Below, one piece after another: positions 27,662 to 40,544 of a stretch of 64,000 nt of DNA. This DNA comes from Squalus acanthias. Taxonomy: Eukaryota. The notes beneath the pieces were generated by a model. The model did no database searches, was not told the origin of the DNA, and saw nothing but the letters and a program-made list of their open reading frames with translations. How positions within the stretch are numbered: position 1 is the first letter of the stretch; each line of letters opens with the position of its first letter. The stretch spans positions 15,190,001-15,254,000 of the forward strand of contig CM059449.1 in the NCBI GenBank assembly GCA_030390025.1. The letters run 5' to 3'. The translations under genes and the position numbers were made by a program.

Positions 27662-29070
27662 ACCAGACATGGTTCTTTGAGGAAGTAACATATAGAGTGG
27701 ATAAAGGGGAACCAGTGGACGTAGTGTATTTAGACTTCCAAAAGGCATTTGACAAGGTGCCACACAAAAGATTATTGCTTAAGGTAAAAAATCACGGGAT
27801 TGGGGGTAATATTCTGGCATGGATAGAGGATTGGCTATCTAACAGAAAGCAAAGAGTTGGGATAAATGGTTCATTCTCAGACTGGCAATCAGTAACTAGT
27901 GGTGTTCCACAGGGGTCAGTGCTGGGTCCCCAACTCTTCACAATCTATATTAACGATTTGGAGGAAGGGACCAAGTGTAACATATCAAAATTTGCAGATG
28001 ATACAAAGATGGGAGGGAAAGTAGTGAGTGAGGAGGACATAAAAAACCTGCAAGGGGACATAGACAGGCTAAGTAAGTGGGCAGAGATTTGGCAGATGGA
28101 ATACAACACTGGAAAGTGTGAGGTGATGCACTTTGGCAGGAAAAATCCTAGAGCAATTTATTATCTTAATGGCAAGAAACTGGAGAGTACTGAAGTGCAA
28201 AGGGATCTGGGGGTCCTGGTGCACGAAACTCAAAAGGTTAGTATGCAGGTGCAGCAAGTGATTAAGAAGGCAAATGGAATGTTGGCTTTCATTGCTAGGG
28301 GGATAGAATATAAAAATAGGGAGGTATTGCTTCAGTTGTACAAGGTATTGGTGAGACCGCACCTGGAATACTGCATACAGTTTTGGTGTCCTTACTTAAG
28401 GAAAGACATCCTTGCTCTCGAGGGAGTGCAAAAAAGGTTCACTCGGTTAATCCCGGGGATGAGGGGGTGGTCATATGAGGAGAGGTTGGGTAGATTGGGA
28501 CTCTACTCATTGGAGTTCAGAAGAATGAGAGGCGATCTTATTGAAACATATAAGATTGTGAAGGGGTTGGATCGGGTGGATGCGGGGAGGATGTTCCCGA
28601 TGACGGGTGAGACGAGAACTAGGGGACATAGTCTTAGAATAAGGGGCTGCTCTTTCAAAACTGAGATGAGGAGGAACTACTTCACTCAGAGGGTGGTAGG
28701 TCCATGGAATATGCTGCCACAAAAAGCTGTAGAAGCTACAACATTAATTAAATTTAAAACAGAAATAGACAGTTTCCTAGAAGTAAAGGGCATTAAGGGT
28801 TACGGGGAGCGGGCAGGAATTTGGACATGAGTCTAGGTTCGGATCGGTCATGGCCCTGTGGGTAGTGGAGCGGGCCCAGGGACTGTGTAGCCTGATTCTG
28901 CTCCTATTTCGTGTGTGCAATTCTGTTAGATGCAGGAGATGGTTCTGTGATAAATAGTAGATTGGCGGTTAGGATCAGATCAGCCATGATCTTATTGAAT
29001 GGCGGAGCAGGCTCGAGGGGCCGATTGGCCTACTCCTGCTCCTATTTCTTATGTTCTTATGTTCTTATGT
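27662..29070 (+). mobile_element. 5'-truncated, young-looking CR1 LINE with uninterrupted 377-aa RT C-terminal ORF (27697-28830)
   Basis: YLDFQKAFDKVPH, PQGSVLGP, KFADDTK; (ttcttatg)n tail; tcaacagag on both sides as possible TSD. Confidence 0.93.
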
Positions 29071-29086
29071 TCAACAGAGAAGAACC

Positions 29087-29129
29087 TTTATTACGAAAAT
29101 ATTTTAGCAGCGGCATTAAGCAGTTTATT
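29087..29129 (-). terminator. Candidate polyadenylation signals for gene C
   Basis: Two AATAAA on the minus strand (29124-29129, 29087-29092), about 355-395 nt after the stop. Confidence 0.45.
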
Positions 29130-29482
29130 TTCTAGGATAGCACGCCCCTAAATATAGGGGACTTATACTTGACATAAAAATGTGATAAATGTTCACAACT
29201 AACACTAAAGAGTCGAATGTTAAAGCATTGGAGATTCCAAGTCCTTGTTACTGAATTATGTGTGGATAAACCTCACTCACTAAGTTAGAGGACAGAACAT
29301 TCGCCTGGAAATTCCCATGGAGGGTTCTCCGATCATCCGCCGTTGAAGATCCCACAGAGCCCCCGAGCTTCCGCCCAAGTTACGGCGGGAGATCGGGACA
29401 ACTCTGCGGAAATTCCAGCAGTTGTCCATCGCGGGTGGGGGCAGGTGCGTCTCATCATTGGGGTGAAATGTGCCGGCTCCTC

Positions 29483-29590
29483 TTACTTCACCGAAGCGTA
29501 CAGCACCGCTTCTCGCTTCACAGGGCGCTCAGTTTGATTGCTGTCCTGAACATTCACCGTGGCGTATTGCAACTTGTCATCTCTCTCTCG
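29483..29590 (-). CDS. Gene C terminal cytoplasmic exon with two ITIMs: RERDDKLQYATVNVQDSNQTERPVKREAVLYASVK*
   Basis: Acceptor ctttcatctcaatAG, phase 0, matching the preceding exon. LQYATV and VLYASV fit (I/V/L/S)xYxx(L/V). Stop TAA. Not in the supplied ORF track. Confidence 0.85.
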   Translation of the reverse strand, partial: RERDDKLQYATVNVQDSNQTERPVKREAVLYASVK

Positions 29591-30339
29591 CTATTGAGAT
29601 GAAAGTTTTTCAGTGTTGAATAAAATATTGTAAACTGATTATTGCATAGGGCCTCAAACCCAGCGGAGCAGATGTTGTGCAGTTTCAATGGAATATAATT
29701 CAACCCAGTAAACATTCTACATATAATTAGAATATGACTCCACCTATCAAATATTGTTTCGATAAATAGGATAGATCGCGCCGTCCTAAATATTCCTGTC
29801 CTTTTGAATATATTTCAGCGAGTCAACCATTGCACGATTTAAGTAACAAGCAAGGGAAACAGTCGACCGAATGAACACATCATTATAATGTTAAAATCCA
29901 TGCATTTAGAACAATTCACACTTAATTAATTCAGGAGCAGTGGGTCAGTCAGCATCTGGGAAAGACAGAGTTACATTTGGGAATAACTGTTCAGGAGCAC
30001 TTTCCGTTGAAGGCAAAGTGCCAGATCACCGGTTACCCCGTGCTTTCTCTTCCAGGAGCTGACTGACATTCTTTGCATATCCAGCATTTTCTGTTACAGC
30101 TTCAGATTTACTCCTTATCTCGACTTTGTCAAAGTATGTGTATTTTTGCATGTGTATGCCTGGGTGCCCCTATTTTGGAGTCTATTTTAATGTTCCTGGG
30201 TGTATCTCGTGCTTTATTTATTCGTTAATGGGATGTGGGCGTCGCTGGCAAGGCCACCATTTATTGCCCATCCGTGGTTGCCCTTGAGAAGGTGGTGGTG
30301 AGCCGCCTACTTCAACCGCTGCAGTCAACCTACTTACAC

Positions 30340-31090
30340 ATTGGCCCAGAAATTGATCTCGCTCTGTTCCCGCGGGGGTAAGCCTTTCCCGCGATGTCTC
30401 ACCTCGCTTATGCTTTTTCTGATCCAGCTCGCACGAACTTGATGTTCCAGACATCAGCTGTGCTGGGCTTGCGTATCCCAGCGGCGTAGTTAATTCGTGC
30501 GAGCTGTGGGATCACGTGACTCAGTTAGAGCCAATGGCAGCACACCATCTTCCATTCATAAGTCTCACAGCATGGCTGAGAGACTTATGGATCTTACACC
30601 CCCCCAAAATAACAGCTAAACCTCAATTAAATTTAAAAAAAAACCCATCACATTAATAAAATAAGTATAGTTAATTAAATTAACCATTTTAAATAAAAAA
30701 TTAAATTTTTGAAAAAATTTAAAATCTTTTAAAAAGTTATAAAAATAAACTTACCTGTCTTTAAAGTCTATAAAAAAGATATACCTGTAAAAAAAAATTC
30801 AAAAAAATACTTAATTCACTACTTACCTTCTTAAAAGCGGGTCTTACTCCTCCTTTTTACATTTCCAAAATCTTCAGTACTTACCTGCGCGTCCAAAGCA
30901 TGAAGTGCACAGCGTGCGCGCAGCCTGTAGCGCGCACGCGATGCACTCCGGCCCCGCCCCCTTTTCGGAAGAGCAATTGCCGGTTTTCAGCGCATGCGCA
31001 GGGCATGCAGAAAACCGGCAATTGGAGTGGGAATACGCGAGAGTATGCAGTGCGTACTCTCGCGTCCGGGGATCAATTTTCGGCCCATTG
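30340..31090. mobile_element. ~750-bp non-autonomous TIR element (MITE-like) with internal hairpins, copy 1
   Basis: TIR ttggcccagaaattgatc / gatcaattttcggccca; collinear homolog at 40545-41287. Confidence 0.8.
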
Positions 31091-31767
31091 TTTTTCATAG
31101 CGGCTTTTTACAACTGAGTGGCCATTTTAGAGGACAGTTAAGAGTCAACCACATTGCTGTGGGTCTGGAGTCACATATACGTCAGACCAGGTAAGGACGG
31201 CAGATTTCCTTCCCTAAGGGGCATTAGTGAACAAGATGGGTTTTTACGACAATCCGATAGTTTCATGTCACCATTACTGATACTAGCTTTTTAGTTTAGA
31301 TTTATTTAATTAAATTTAAATTCCCTTGTTGTTGTGATAGGGTTTGAACTCACGTCGCACTGATCATTAGTCCAGGTCTGAAGGATTGCTAATGCAGTAA
31401 CATAACCACTATGCTACCAATCCCTATATATGCGTGTGCATGCACCTGCTGATTTGTGAGTGGCTATATGTATTTGCGAGTGTCTGTGAGAGCGTGTCTT
31501 TCTGTGTGTGCAGGTGTTTTAATTCTGGGACTGTCAGGTTTCATTTCATGCCTTTCCTGGTTGGCTTTCTGTTGAATTATAATGAATATTCTAGCCCCGA
31601 CTCTATTCAATTTCGATTTTCAAATTGCCGCGCCTGTGCGTAAAACTGGCATTTGGGATGGGCCGCACCTGTGCTTTACGCCTGTGTGGCAATTTGAGAA
31701 TCTACCCCACATCTCCAAAAAGAAAAGTTGAGGCTGTCCGAACTCGTTTCATCTTTAGATTTTTACA

Positions 31768-31800
31768 TCATCTGAAAGAACTTTTTACATGATAATCTAC
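31768..31800 (-). CDS. Gene C candidate alternative short terminal exon (VDYHVKSSFR*)
   Basis: Branch point ctgAc plus ttcttgtttacttttccAG, 70 nt after the preceding donor; phase 0; conserved in copy B (10457-10495). Confidence 0.5.
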   Translation of the reverse strand, partial: VDYHVKSSFR

Positions 31801-31870
31801 CTGGAAAAGTAAACAAGAAGTCAGTAGGTTTAAAAATAACAAAAATAGCCCAAGTAATTTTGCTACATAC

Positions 31871-31911
31871 CCGATTTGTCCTTCTGCACTCAGAGCTTTC
31901 ATAATTCCTCT
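31871..31911 (-). CDS. Gene C cytoplasmic exon (ERNYESSECRRTNR)
   Basis: ttctatAG acceptor and G|GTATGT donor; 41 nt, phase 1 to 0, closes the frame to the ITIM exon. Confidence 0.7.
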
Positions 31912-33448
31912 CTATAGAAAAAAGAAAGACTTGCATTTATATAGCGCCTTTCACCACCTCAGGACGTCGCTAAGCGCTTCACAGCCATTCAAGTACTTTT
32001 TGAAGTGTAGTCGCCGTTGTAATGTAGGAAACGCGGCAGCCAATTTGCGCACAGCAAGCTCCCACAATCAACAATCTGACAATGGCTAAATAAACTGTTT
32101 CAGTGATGTTGATTGAGGGACAAACATTGGTCGGGACACCGGGGAGAACTCCCCTGCTCTTCTTCAAAATAGTGCCAAGGTATCGTTTACGTTCAGCTGA
32201 GAGAGCAGACGGAGCCTCGGTTTACTGTCTCATTTAAAGACGGCATCTCTGACAGTGCAACGCTCCCTCAGTACTGCACTGGGAGTGTCAGCCTAGCTTG
32301 TTGTGCTCATGTCTCTGGAGTGGGAATTGAAACCCACAGCTTTCAATGTTTCAGAAGCGAGGATGTTACCAACTGAGCCACGGAAAATGACCCTGCCTAA
32401 TTTAATTTATTTGAACATTGTATACAATACAATACAACATATTGTCCCATAGATATAGCGTTGTAATGCACTGTGATATAATGCTATAGGATACAACATA
32501 ACATGGTAGAAAACAGGAGAACGCAATAAAATAAAGTATACAGTAGGATTTACCGTACTGCACAACAATAAAAGGATACAATTAGTATGGTTCAATATAT
32601 AATACGCTACCACGCAATATAAAACAGCATAAAGATCTTCTGTCCGATATCAACGGTGTTCATGTCAGATTCCTAGGCCCACTATTTTAACTGTTTACTT
32701 TAAACTAATGCAAAAAGCAATTTAACATGAGCGCGCCAAGCCCTCGTACGAGAATAGGTTGATGTCCAGGCTAATCTACTATAATATATGATATATAATG
32801 CAGCACAACATTGAAACGTACTTTTAAATATCATGTAATAATTCATCTCAAAAAAATCAGCGTGTGGTAAGAAAATATCATAAAATATTATTTTATCCAT
32901 AAACCTTAACACTTCCAATTGACTTTGTGGCCAATATGTGTAACATGTGTCACTCAATAGCCGTTCGGGAAACAAGAGTTATTGAATCATAGAATCAGAC
33001 AGCACAGAAGGAGGCCATTCGGCCCAACCTGCATGTGCCGGCTCTCTGAAAGAGCTATTAATTAATCCCACTACCCCCTGCTCTTTCCCCATAGCCCTGA
33101 AAAAGTTCCCTTTTTAAGCATTTATCCAATTCCCCTTTGAAAGATATTATTGACTCTGCTTCCACCATCCTTTCAGGCAGCGCATTCCAGATCACAACAA
33201 CTCACTGAGTAAATAAAAATTCTCCTAATTTACCCTTCGCATTTTTCTCCCCAGTATCTTAAATCTGTGACCTCTGGTTGCCGACAGAATAATCAGACAG
33301 ATCAATACTGAACTATTGGTCAACGGATTATACCTGATAGAACAGAAAATTAACCATATTATCAATTAAAATCAAATTAAATCGGAGCAGTAAGCGTTCG
33401 GAGTTTATTAAAAGTGACAGGTTGTTCACGTTTCATTCTGTCACCCAC

Positions 33449-33483
33449 CTGATTCATGGATCTGTGCGTAGAACGGATCTGGA
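33449..33483 (-). CDS. Gene C cytoplasmic exon (SPDPFYAQIHES)
   Basis: tttgcttcAG acceptor and AG|GTGGGT donor; 35 nt, phase 2 to 1; YxxI motif; conserved in copy B (PLYAVI). Confidence 0.75.
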
Positions 33484-33595
33484 CTGAAGCAAAAGAGGAC
33501 ATCAGAAAATTTAGGCATCCAAAACAATAAAATACATTAAAGAAAAAGAAAGTGGCTTTCTTTTTTAAAAGTAGTAGATCGATGTAAACAGTTAC

Positions 33596-33617
33596 CTGGT
33601 GGGTTGCTGAAGAGCGA
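33596..33617 (-). CDS. Gene C 22-nt cytoplasmic exon (VALQQPT)
   Basis: ttctctcctcacAG acceptor and CAG|GTAACT donor; identical in copy B (12284-12305). Confidence 0.75.
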
Positions 33618-33928
33618 CTGTGAGGAGAGAAAAACAAAGACAGAAAAATTAAAGAGCTGAAGTTATTGATTATATCTGCAAGAAGCAACTGAAATAATTG
33701 GTATCGAATGAAGTGAATCACATTTTGGGGGCAATTTTAACTAAACCCGGGGAGAAACGGATGGGATCGGGTGCAACGTTTTGAAGTCAAATGAGACCAA
33801 TATTGGGCGGGTCTAAACCCGGCGTTCCAGCCGATCCCCTGCGTTTCCCGCCCGGTGAGTTCCGATCAAATTAGCAGAGAATTTGCCAACCACATGGAAT
33901 TCAGTAGAGGTACAATTAGTGCTGTTAC

Positions 33929-34054
33929 CTCTCTTACGATGCCGGCTGATAACAACTGTGATTATGGTGATGATCAGGAGAGGCACCGCTACCGCTGTAT
34001 AGACGAGTGGTGGGATCATTGTTGCGGACTCGCCGTGGCTGCTCTCTCCACCAC
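33929..34054 (-). CDS. Gene C stalk/transmembrane exon (SGGESSHGESATMIPPLVYTAVAVPLLIITIITVVISRHRKR)
   Basis: 126 nt, phase 1-1; uncharged TM then RHRKR. An alternative in-frame donor C|GTAAGA lies 9 nt earlier. Confidence 0.85.
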
Positions 34055-35586
34055 CTGTGTGTAAATGTAAAGTTTCTTTTGTGAGACAGAGCAGTCAAGA
34101 GCAGGGCAATGGTCACATTGAGATTGAGGATCAGCAAATGTGACACAGATTCCCAATTCCCTTTGACATGCGGGGCTATTTCACACTCGCATACATCAAA
34201 CTAGGCCACGGATCAAAACGCAAAAAGTCACCAGTGGGCAACTCGGGTTATTACCAACCTGGAAGTAACACTGGGGAGAATTTTAATGTAGGGACGCTTA
34301 ATGGGTTGGTGCCAGTTTCCTTTCTTTTAAATAGAGGGGGGTGGGGTGGGGATCGTGTGAGTTCTGTTAACATAGGAACATAGGAACAGGAGGAGGCCAT
34401 TCATCCCCTCTAGCCTTTTCCACCATTCAATGAGATCATGGCTGCTCTGCGACCTAACTCCGTATACCCGCCTTTTGCCCCATATCTCTTAAGACCTTTG
34501 GTTAACAAAACTCTGTCAATCTCCGATTTAAATTTAACAATTGATCTAGCATCAGATGTCGTTTGCGGAAGAGAGTTCCAAACTTTTACCACCCTTTGTG
34601 TGTAGAAGTGTTTCCTAATTTCACTCCTGAAAGGTCCGGCTCTAATTTCTACACCATGCCCCCTAATCCTAAACCCCCCAATCAGCTGAAGTAATTTCTG
34701 TCTATCTACCATCTCTGTTCCTCTTACTATCTCGAGAGTGTCGCTTCTCCCGCCCAGTTTTCTAGAATTCACTAGACCCTGGAGATCCAATAGTTCCAGA
34801 GCACGAATGAGAAAATCTTCCCCTCGTATTTTCGGGATGCTTAAGACAAAACGAACATCTGGAAATTAGATGTGCCGACACTGGGTGATCAACGTGGATC
34901 TTCCGCGGCCCCAATATTTGCATTTTGTTGGCGCGCAATGTTGTAATTTAAATTTACACACACAACCATATCCGTCAGTACCTCCATTTACAGGATGACA
35001 GTGAAATCGAACTTATCATACATGTGTTGTCCGGTTTATTCCCAATATTGGAACGCGGTGATTTCAAGGCTCACCTGTTGCTCTCATTACGGGGCTCAGT
35101 CTTCGCCCCGCACATTGTAACTGGGTTGACTTCTTATCTATAGTCCTACCTAAAATTGTATACAGCAACTTATTGTAATTAATATCCCCTCCATTTATTT
35201 ATTTTATAAGATCATTCTCGGGATACGGGCGACGCTGGCGAGGCGGTCATGTTATTGTCCATCTCTGGTTGACCCCTTGAGAAGGTGGTTTTGGGCCGCC
35301 TTATTCTTGAACCGCTGCAGTTCAGTGTGGTGAAGGTTCTCCCGCAGTGCTGTTAGGGAGGCAGTTCCAGGATTTTGGAAGGAACAGCGATACAAGTTCA
35401 AGTCAGGATGGTGTGTGACTTGGCGCCTACTGCCCTTGACCTTCTAGGTGGTGGATTCGCGGGTTTGGGAGTTCCAATTGATCTGATGGAAAATTTACCT
35501 ATACGGCCAGTATTACGCCCTAGAAAAATCCCATATGATTGCGAACAATTTCATTGTTAAGAATATCCCCAACAATCCAAACTTAC

Positions 35587-35937
35587 TGTATTGACGCCGT
35601 TCCACGGTCACTCTTGTTCCGGGTCCGTCTGCTGCAGCGAATCCCACGAGCTGCACTTTGCAGAAATAGAACCCAGCATCTTCCGGTTTCAATTGGATTA
35701 TTCTAATGGACGCGTTTCCCCTCTGGCTGAAATCCTCTTTACTTGCCCCGAACACCCTGCCTCTGTATTCCGCTGTATTGTTGGAAACTTCATTTCCCTG
35801 TTTGGTGCCTCGGTGCCAGGTGTAGCTGCCGATTGCTGTGGGACCCTCATATCTACAGAGCAGGTCCGCTGTCTGTCCCGCGGGTCTGGTGAGAGCTTGC
35901 GGGCTCTGAATTACGGTGATTTTTCCAACAGTAACTG
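35587..35937 (-). CDS. NCR3: Gene C membrane-proximal V exon (V2), NKp30-like
   Basis: 351-nt phase 1-1 exon, NAGNAG acceptor, intact C/W/C and GPGTRVTV. Confidence 0.88.
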
Positions 35938-37295
35938 CTGTAAGTGGGTAAAACAGACTATTTATAAATATACAGGGCACTCCTTTGCTTTTAAGCACGC
36001 CGTGGAAGGGCTGGTTTTAAGCAAATATTGGTTCGGATGATTTTTGTTAAAGTATTCATGATCTTTAACTTGAGGGAATAAAAACAGAAAACACTGGAAG
36101 CGGTCAGCAGGCCAGGCAGCATCTGTGGAGAGAGGAATAGAGTCAACGTTTAAGGCCGATGACTTTTCGTCAGAACTGGAAAAAGTTGGAGATGTAACAG
36201 GTCTTAAGCAAATGTAGGGGCAGGGGAAAGGGGGGAAGGGAGGAAGAACAAAAGGGAAGGTCTGTGATAGAGTGGAAGGCAGGGGAGATTAAATGACAAA
36301 AGGGATGATGGTACAAGTAAAAAGGAGATGGTAATGGGACAAGTAAAGGAACAAAAGATGGGTCTAGAAGAGGATTAAATTGTTAACTTGAGGGATATTG
36401 GTGCTGGAACTGGAGCGCCTTTGATTTTTGGGCGCACTCCTCGGTCAAGTATAGAATGGATCTGGTACAAAGTACCTCTGTCCCGTTCCAAATAATAAGC
36501 ATTCACTTTAATTTCAGTTCTCCCGATATGCTTTCTGTGCTGCCCGCCGCTCTCATTAACACTTTGAGCGAGAGTGTGAAATGGGTAATCTCGAATTAAA
36601 CGCCTTGCCCGATGTTCTCTTCCATTTGGGGGCCATTTTAACTTCGGGTGCTAAATAGGTGAGCTCGGGTCGGCTGCCTGAAATTAAAATCGGGGCAGGT
36701 GTACAACGGGCGGCTGATCCGATGTCGCCCGTTTCAGTCGGTCGCACAAAGTCCAAATCACCCCCAGGAAGTGAGGGGAAGTTTAATCTTATTAGTCTGA
36801 TCAGAATGGAAGTCAGATAGGTGCCAAACCCCAGCGACCTTCTCTCTATTAATCAGCGGTGACTGGAGAATATGGGAAATACAAACAGAATATTAATAGT
36901 CAAAATAATGAAACGGGATAAATGTTACATGTAGCGACATTACAAATTGGATGAAATATTTCCCACTTTGGGTATATCTTGTAAAACCGCCAATACCTCT
37001 TTACAAATTGTTTATGATTTTGCTACATCTACGGATCGGAGAAAATAGTCAATGCATTTGCAACCACGTTCCGCGCAGCAAGCAGCGCAACTCTTGCCCT
37101 GTGCTGATAACTAGAGGAATGTTGTATCCAGTTAAACTGTTAGTAATAATATGAGTTGAACATATCTCTTTCTCTCTCACACACACACGCGATTGGAACC
37201 CATTTCTCTCTCTCTCTTTTCCTATTCCTATCCATCACTTCTTGATTTAACTCGTCTACCCTCCCACTATTTCCAACCTTGATGCTGTCCACCCA

Positions 37296-38290
37296 CGTAA
37301 CTGAAGTTCCTTATCCCCGAACCATTCTCGTAAATCTTTTCTGCATCCTCTCTAAGGCCTTCACATCCTTCCTAATGTGTGGTGCCCAGAATTGGGCAAA
37401 ATACTCCAGTTGAGGCCAACCCAGAGTTTTATAATGTATCATCATAACTGCCATGCTTTGTACTCTATGCCTCTATTTATAAACCCCAGTATCCCATATT
37501 CTTTGTTAACCGCTTTCCCAATCTTGTGCACATATAACCCCAGGTCTCTCTGTTGAGGCACCCACTTTAGGATCGTAACCTTTAATTTATTTTGCCTCTC
37601 CTCGTTCTTCCTCCCGAAATGTATCACTTCGCACTTTCCTACGTTAAATTTCATCTGCCACGAGTGGTGAAGCTCCAATTAACGTATCTTCCACTATCAT
37701 TAATTGATGTTACTGGGTGTCCATTTTTGTTCGAATAATTTCGGATCAATGTATCCGTACATGAAATACAGCAATCTGTCAATTAACGTTGTACAATTAT
37801 TATGAATTGAGCCCAGATAGATCGGTCACTGCGGGGAAGGATCTCATTTCCAAGGGTCACACTTTAGACGTTAACTAGTTAGCTGTAAGAAGGGAACTTA
37901 GGCGGAAACTGTTCCCCTATAGAGTAAAAGATTTCTGGAACAAGTTACTGGAGACGGCAGTGGGAGTGGGCAGTACAAACAGATTCAAGAGACAACATGT
38001 GTGTTTTTAGAAAAAAAGTAGCCTTGACCTGTCAAACAGGGACAGTTTTTTTTTTGACATAATGATCTCATGTGTCTCACAATTTACAAGCTATTGTGAA
38101 GAATTTAAATGCTGATTGATCCAGCAATCATTGAGCTACAAACCGGTATTCAGCTGTCATTACATTGGGTCCTTTTCCCGTTTCTCAACGCAACCTTGGG
38201 AAATTGCACTCCATAATCAGATTGAACAGAGGTATACATTCGGAACCTTTATGGTGCCAAAATTAGAGGCAATTGTCACTTTATAAAGGT
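37296..38290. repeat. Duplicated copy of gene C intron-1 segment (about 39820-41580, without the MITE)
   Basis: Collinear match: CR1 piece, then ..gtatcttccactatc.., gcccagatagatcggtcact.., ttgagctacaaaccggtattcagctgtc. Confidence 0.85.
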
Positions 38291-38988
38291 GGATCTGTTG
38301 TAGAAGGCGGCTCACCACCACCTTCTCAATGGTAACTTAGGATGGGCAATAAATGCTAGGCGACGCCCACATATCAGGAACGTATTAAAAATATAGAAGG
38401 CATGTTTCCTTTTATATGGTGCGGGGATAAAACCGCACAGTGCTCTGGTCAGGTGGCATCTTGAGTATTGTGTTTAGTTCTGGTCACTCAGGCTCAAGGG
38501 AGACATGTAAGACCCGGAGGAGAAGTGAACGCTAGCCTGTTCCCTCGTGTTCTAGTGCGAGGTTATGAGAGAAAAAAAAGACTAGAAAAGCTCGGACTCA
38601 TTAACTTTGTAAAAAGGGACGAACATAGCTGCCTTAACAGAGATATGTAAGGTGCCAAGCATGAAAATCAAGGGATAATGCGAAGTACTATTTTGAGATA
38701 ACCCACACCTTCAGGTGGTGGGTTGGGCTTTGGGGGAGTAGCCTGAAGCTCGTGTAATCCTATTATTAAAGCACCGCGCCTTGAATAGTCAGATTCTAGT
38801 TAGATATATGGCACTTTCAGGATATTAATTGTCGACCAATTGTTCTGGATGTACTTTGAAAGTGATATTGACACACGGACACAATTCAGTACACCGAACT
38901 GAAATCTTTTAGTACAGCACATGTACAGCCATTCCAATGCCAAAATATTGGTAAATTCTTAAAACGAACTCTGATCTTTTTTACTCAC

Positions 38989-39327
38989 TGTCAGTTATTA
39001 TAAGTTGTGTTCCTGTCCCGCTTGCTTTCCCAACCGCCACAATTTCCACCTCGCAGTAATAAATATCTGAGTCCATTTTCGTTAAATTGATGATTTCAAG
39101 GAAAGCCATTCTTTCGGCAAATAATTTCGCCCCTGACTTCGTTATCCGGCTCTGATAGAAACGATCCCGAACCGACACTTCCGTGTTTTGTGAGGCCCGA
39201 CGCCAAACAACTCCTCCGGCAGTACCATTCGCTTCAAAAGTGCAGTTCAGCTGCACCGATCCTCCTTCTGTTGCATTAATGGCATCTGGGGACTGGAACA
39301 CTCTGATTCCACTCATCAACCCATTGT
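38989..39327 (-). CDS. NCR3: Gene C N-terminal V exon (V1), divergent NKp30-like VJ-type domain
   Basis: 339-nt phase 1-1 exon (atactccAG ... A|GTGAGT); VFQSP..EGGSVQLNC..VVW..DSDIYYCEVEIVAVGKASGTGTQLII. Confidence 0.85.
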
Positions 39328-39384
39328 CTGGAGTATAAATGAAACAATGCAATCTGTCAATAGCTACCTACAGATTTACGGACC

Positions 39385-40212
39385 AGTAGAGAATTATAGA
39401 ATGGTTACAGCACAGAAGGAGGCCATTCGGCCCGTCGAGCCCGTGCCGGCTCTCTGCAAGAGCACTTCAGCTAGTCCCACTCCCCCGCCCTTTCCCCTTA
39501 GCCCTGCATTTTTTTCCTTCAGGTACTTATCCAACTCCCTTTTGAAAGCCACGATTGAGTCTGCCTCCACCAACCTTTCAGGCAGTGCATTCCAGGTCCT
39601 AACCACTCGCTGCGTAAAAAGGTTTTTCTCATGTCGCCTTTGGTTCTTTTGCCAATCGCCTTAAATCTGTGTCCTCTAGTTCTCAACCCTTCCACCAATG
39701 GGAACAGTTTCTCTCTATCTACTCTGTCTAGACCTCTCATGATTTTGAACACCTCTGTCATATCTCTTCTCAACCTTCTCTGCTCTAAGGAGAACAACTC
39801 CGACTTCTCTAGTCTATCCTCGTAACTGAAGTTCCTCATCCCTGAATCATTCTCGTAAATATTTTCTTCCCCATCTCTGAGGCCTTCACATCGTTCCTAA
39901 AGTGCGGTGCCCAGAATTGGACACAATACTCCAGTTGAAGCCGAACCAGTGTTTTGTAAAGGTTCATCATAACTGCCTTGCTTTCGTACTCTATGACTCT
40001 ATTTATGAAGCCCACTATCCTGTAAGCTTTGTTCACCGCTTTCTCAACCTGCCCTGCCACCTACAATGATTTGTGCACATATACCCCCAGGTCTCTCTGT
40101 TCATGCACCCACTTAATGATCGTACCCATTAGTTTATTTTGCCTCTCCTCGTTCTTCCCACCAAAATGTATCACTTCGCACTTTCCTGCGTTGAATGTCA
40201 TCTGCCACGAGG
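39385..40212 (-). mobile_element. CR1 LINE 3' fragment in gene C intron 1
   Basis: LEYCVQFWAPHF, RRLRRDMTEVFKIMRGLDRVDRE. Confidence 0.85.
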
Positions 40213-40544
40213 GGTGAAGCTTAAATTAAAGTATCTTCCACTATCACTAACTGATGTTACTGGGTGTCCATTTTTGTTAGAATGAGTTCGGATCAATTTA
40301 TCCGTACATGAAATACCGCAACCTGTCAATTAACGTTGTACAATTATTATGAAATGAGCCCAGATAGATCGGTCACTGTGGGGAAGGATGTAATTTCCAA
40401 GGGTCATACTTTACACGTTAACTAGTTAGCAGTAAGAAGGGAAGTCAGGCGGAAACTGTTCGCCTTTCGAGGAAGAGATTTGTGGAACAAGTTGCTGGAG
40501 ACGGCCGTGGGAGTGGGCAGTACAAATAGATTGAAGAGACATAC

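Noticed and set aside
27697-28830. Host reverse-transcriptase gene or active LINE
   Set aside because: 5'-truncated CR1 lacking the endonuclease and ORF1.
31871-31907. Alternative reading of the 41-nt tail exon (GIMKALSAEGQIG), open in both B and C
   Set aside because: Needs weak GAG acceptors at this exon and the next; the first-AG model gives consistent phases into the ITIM exon.
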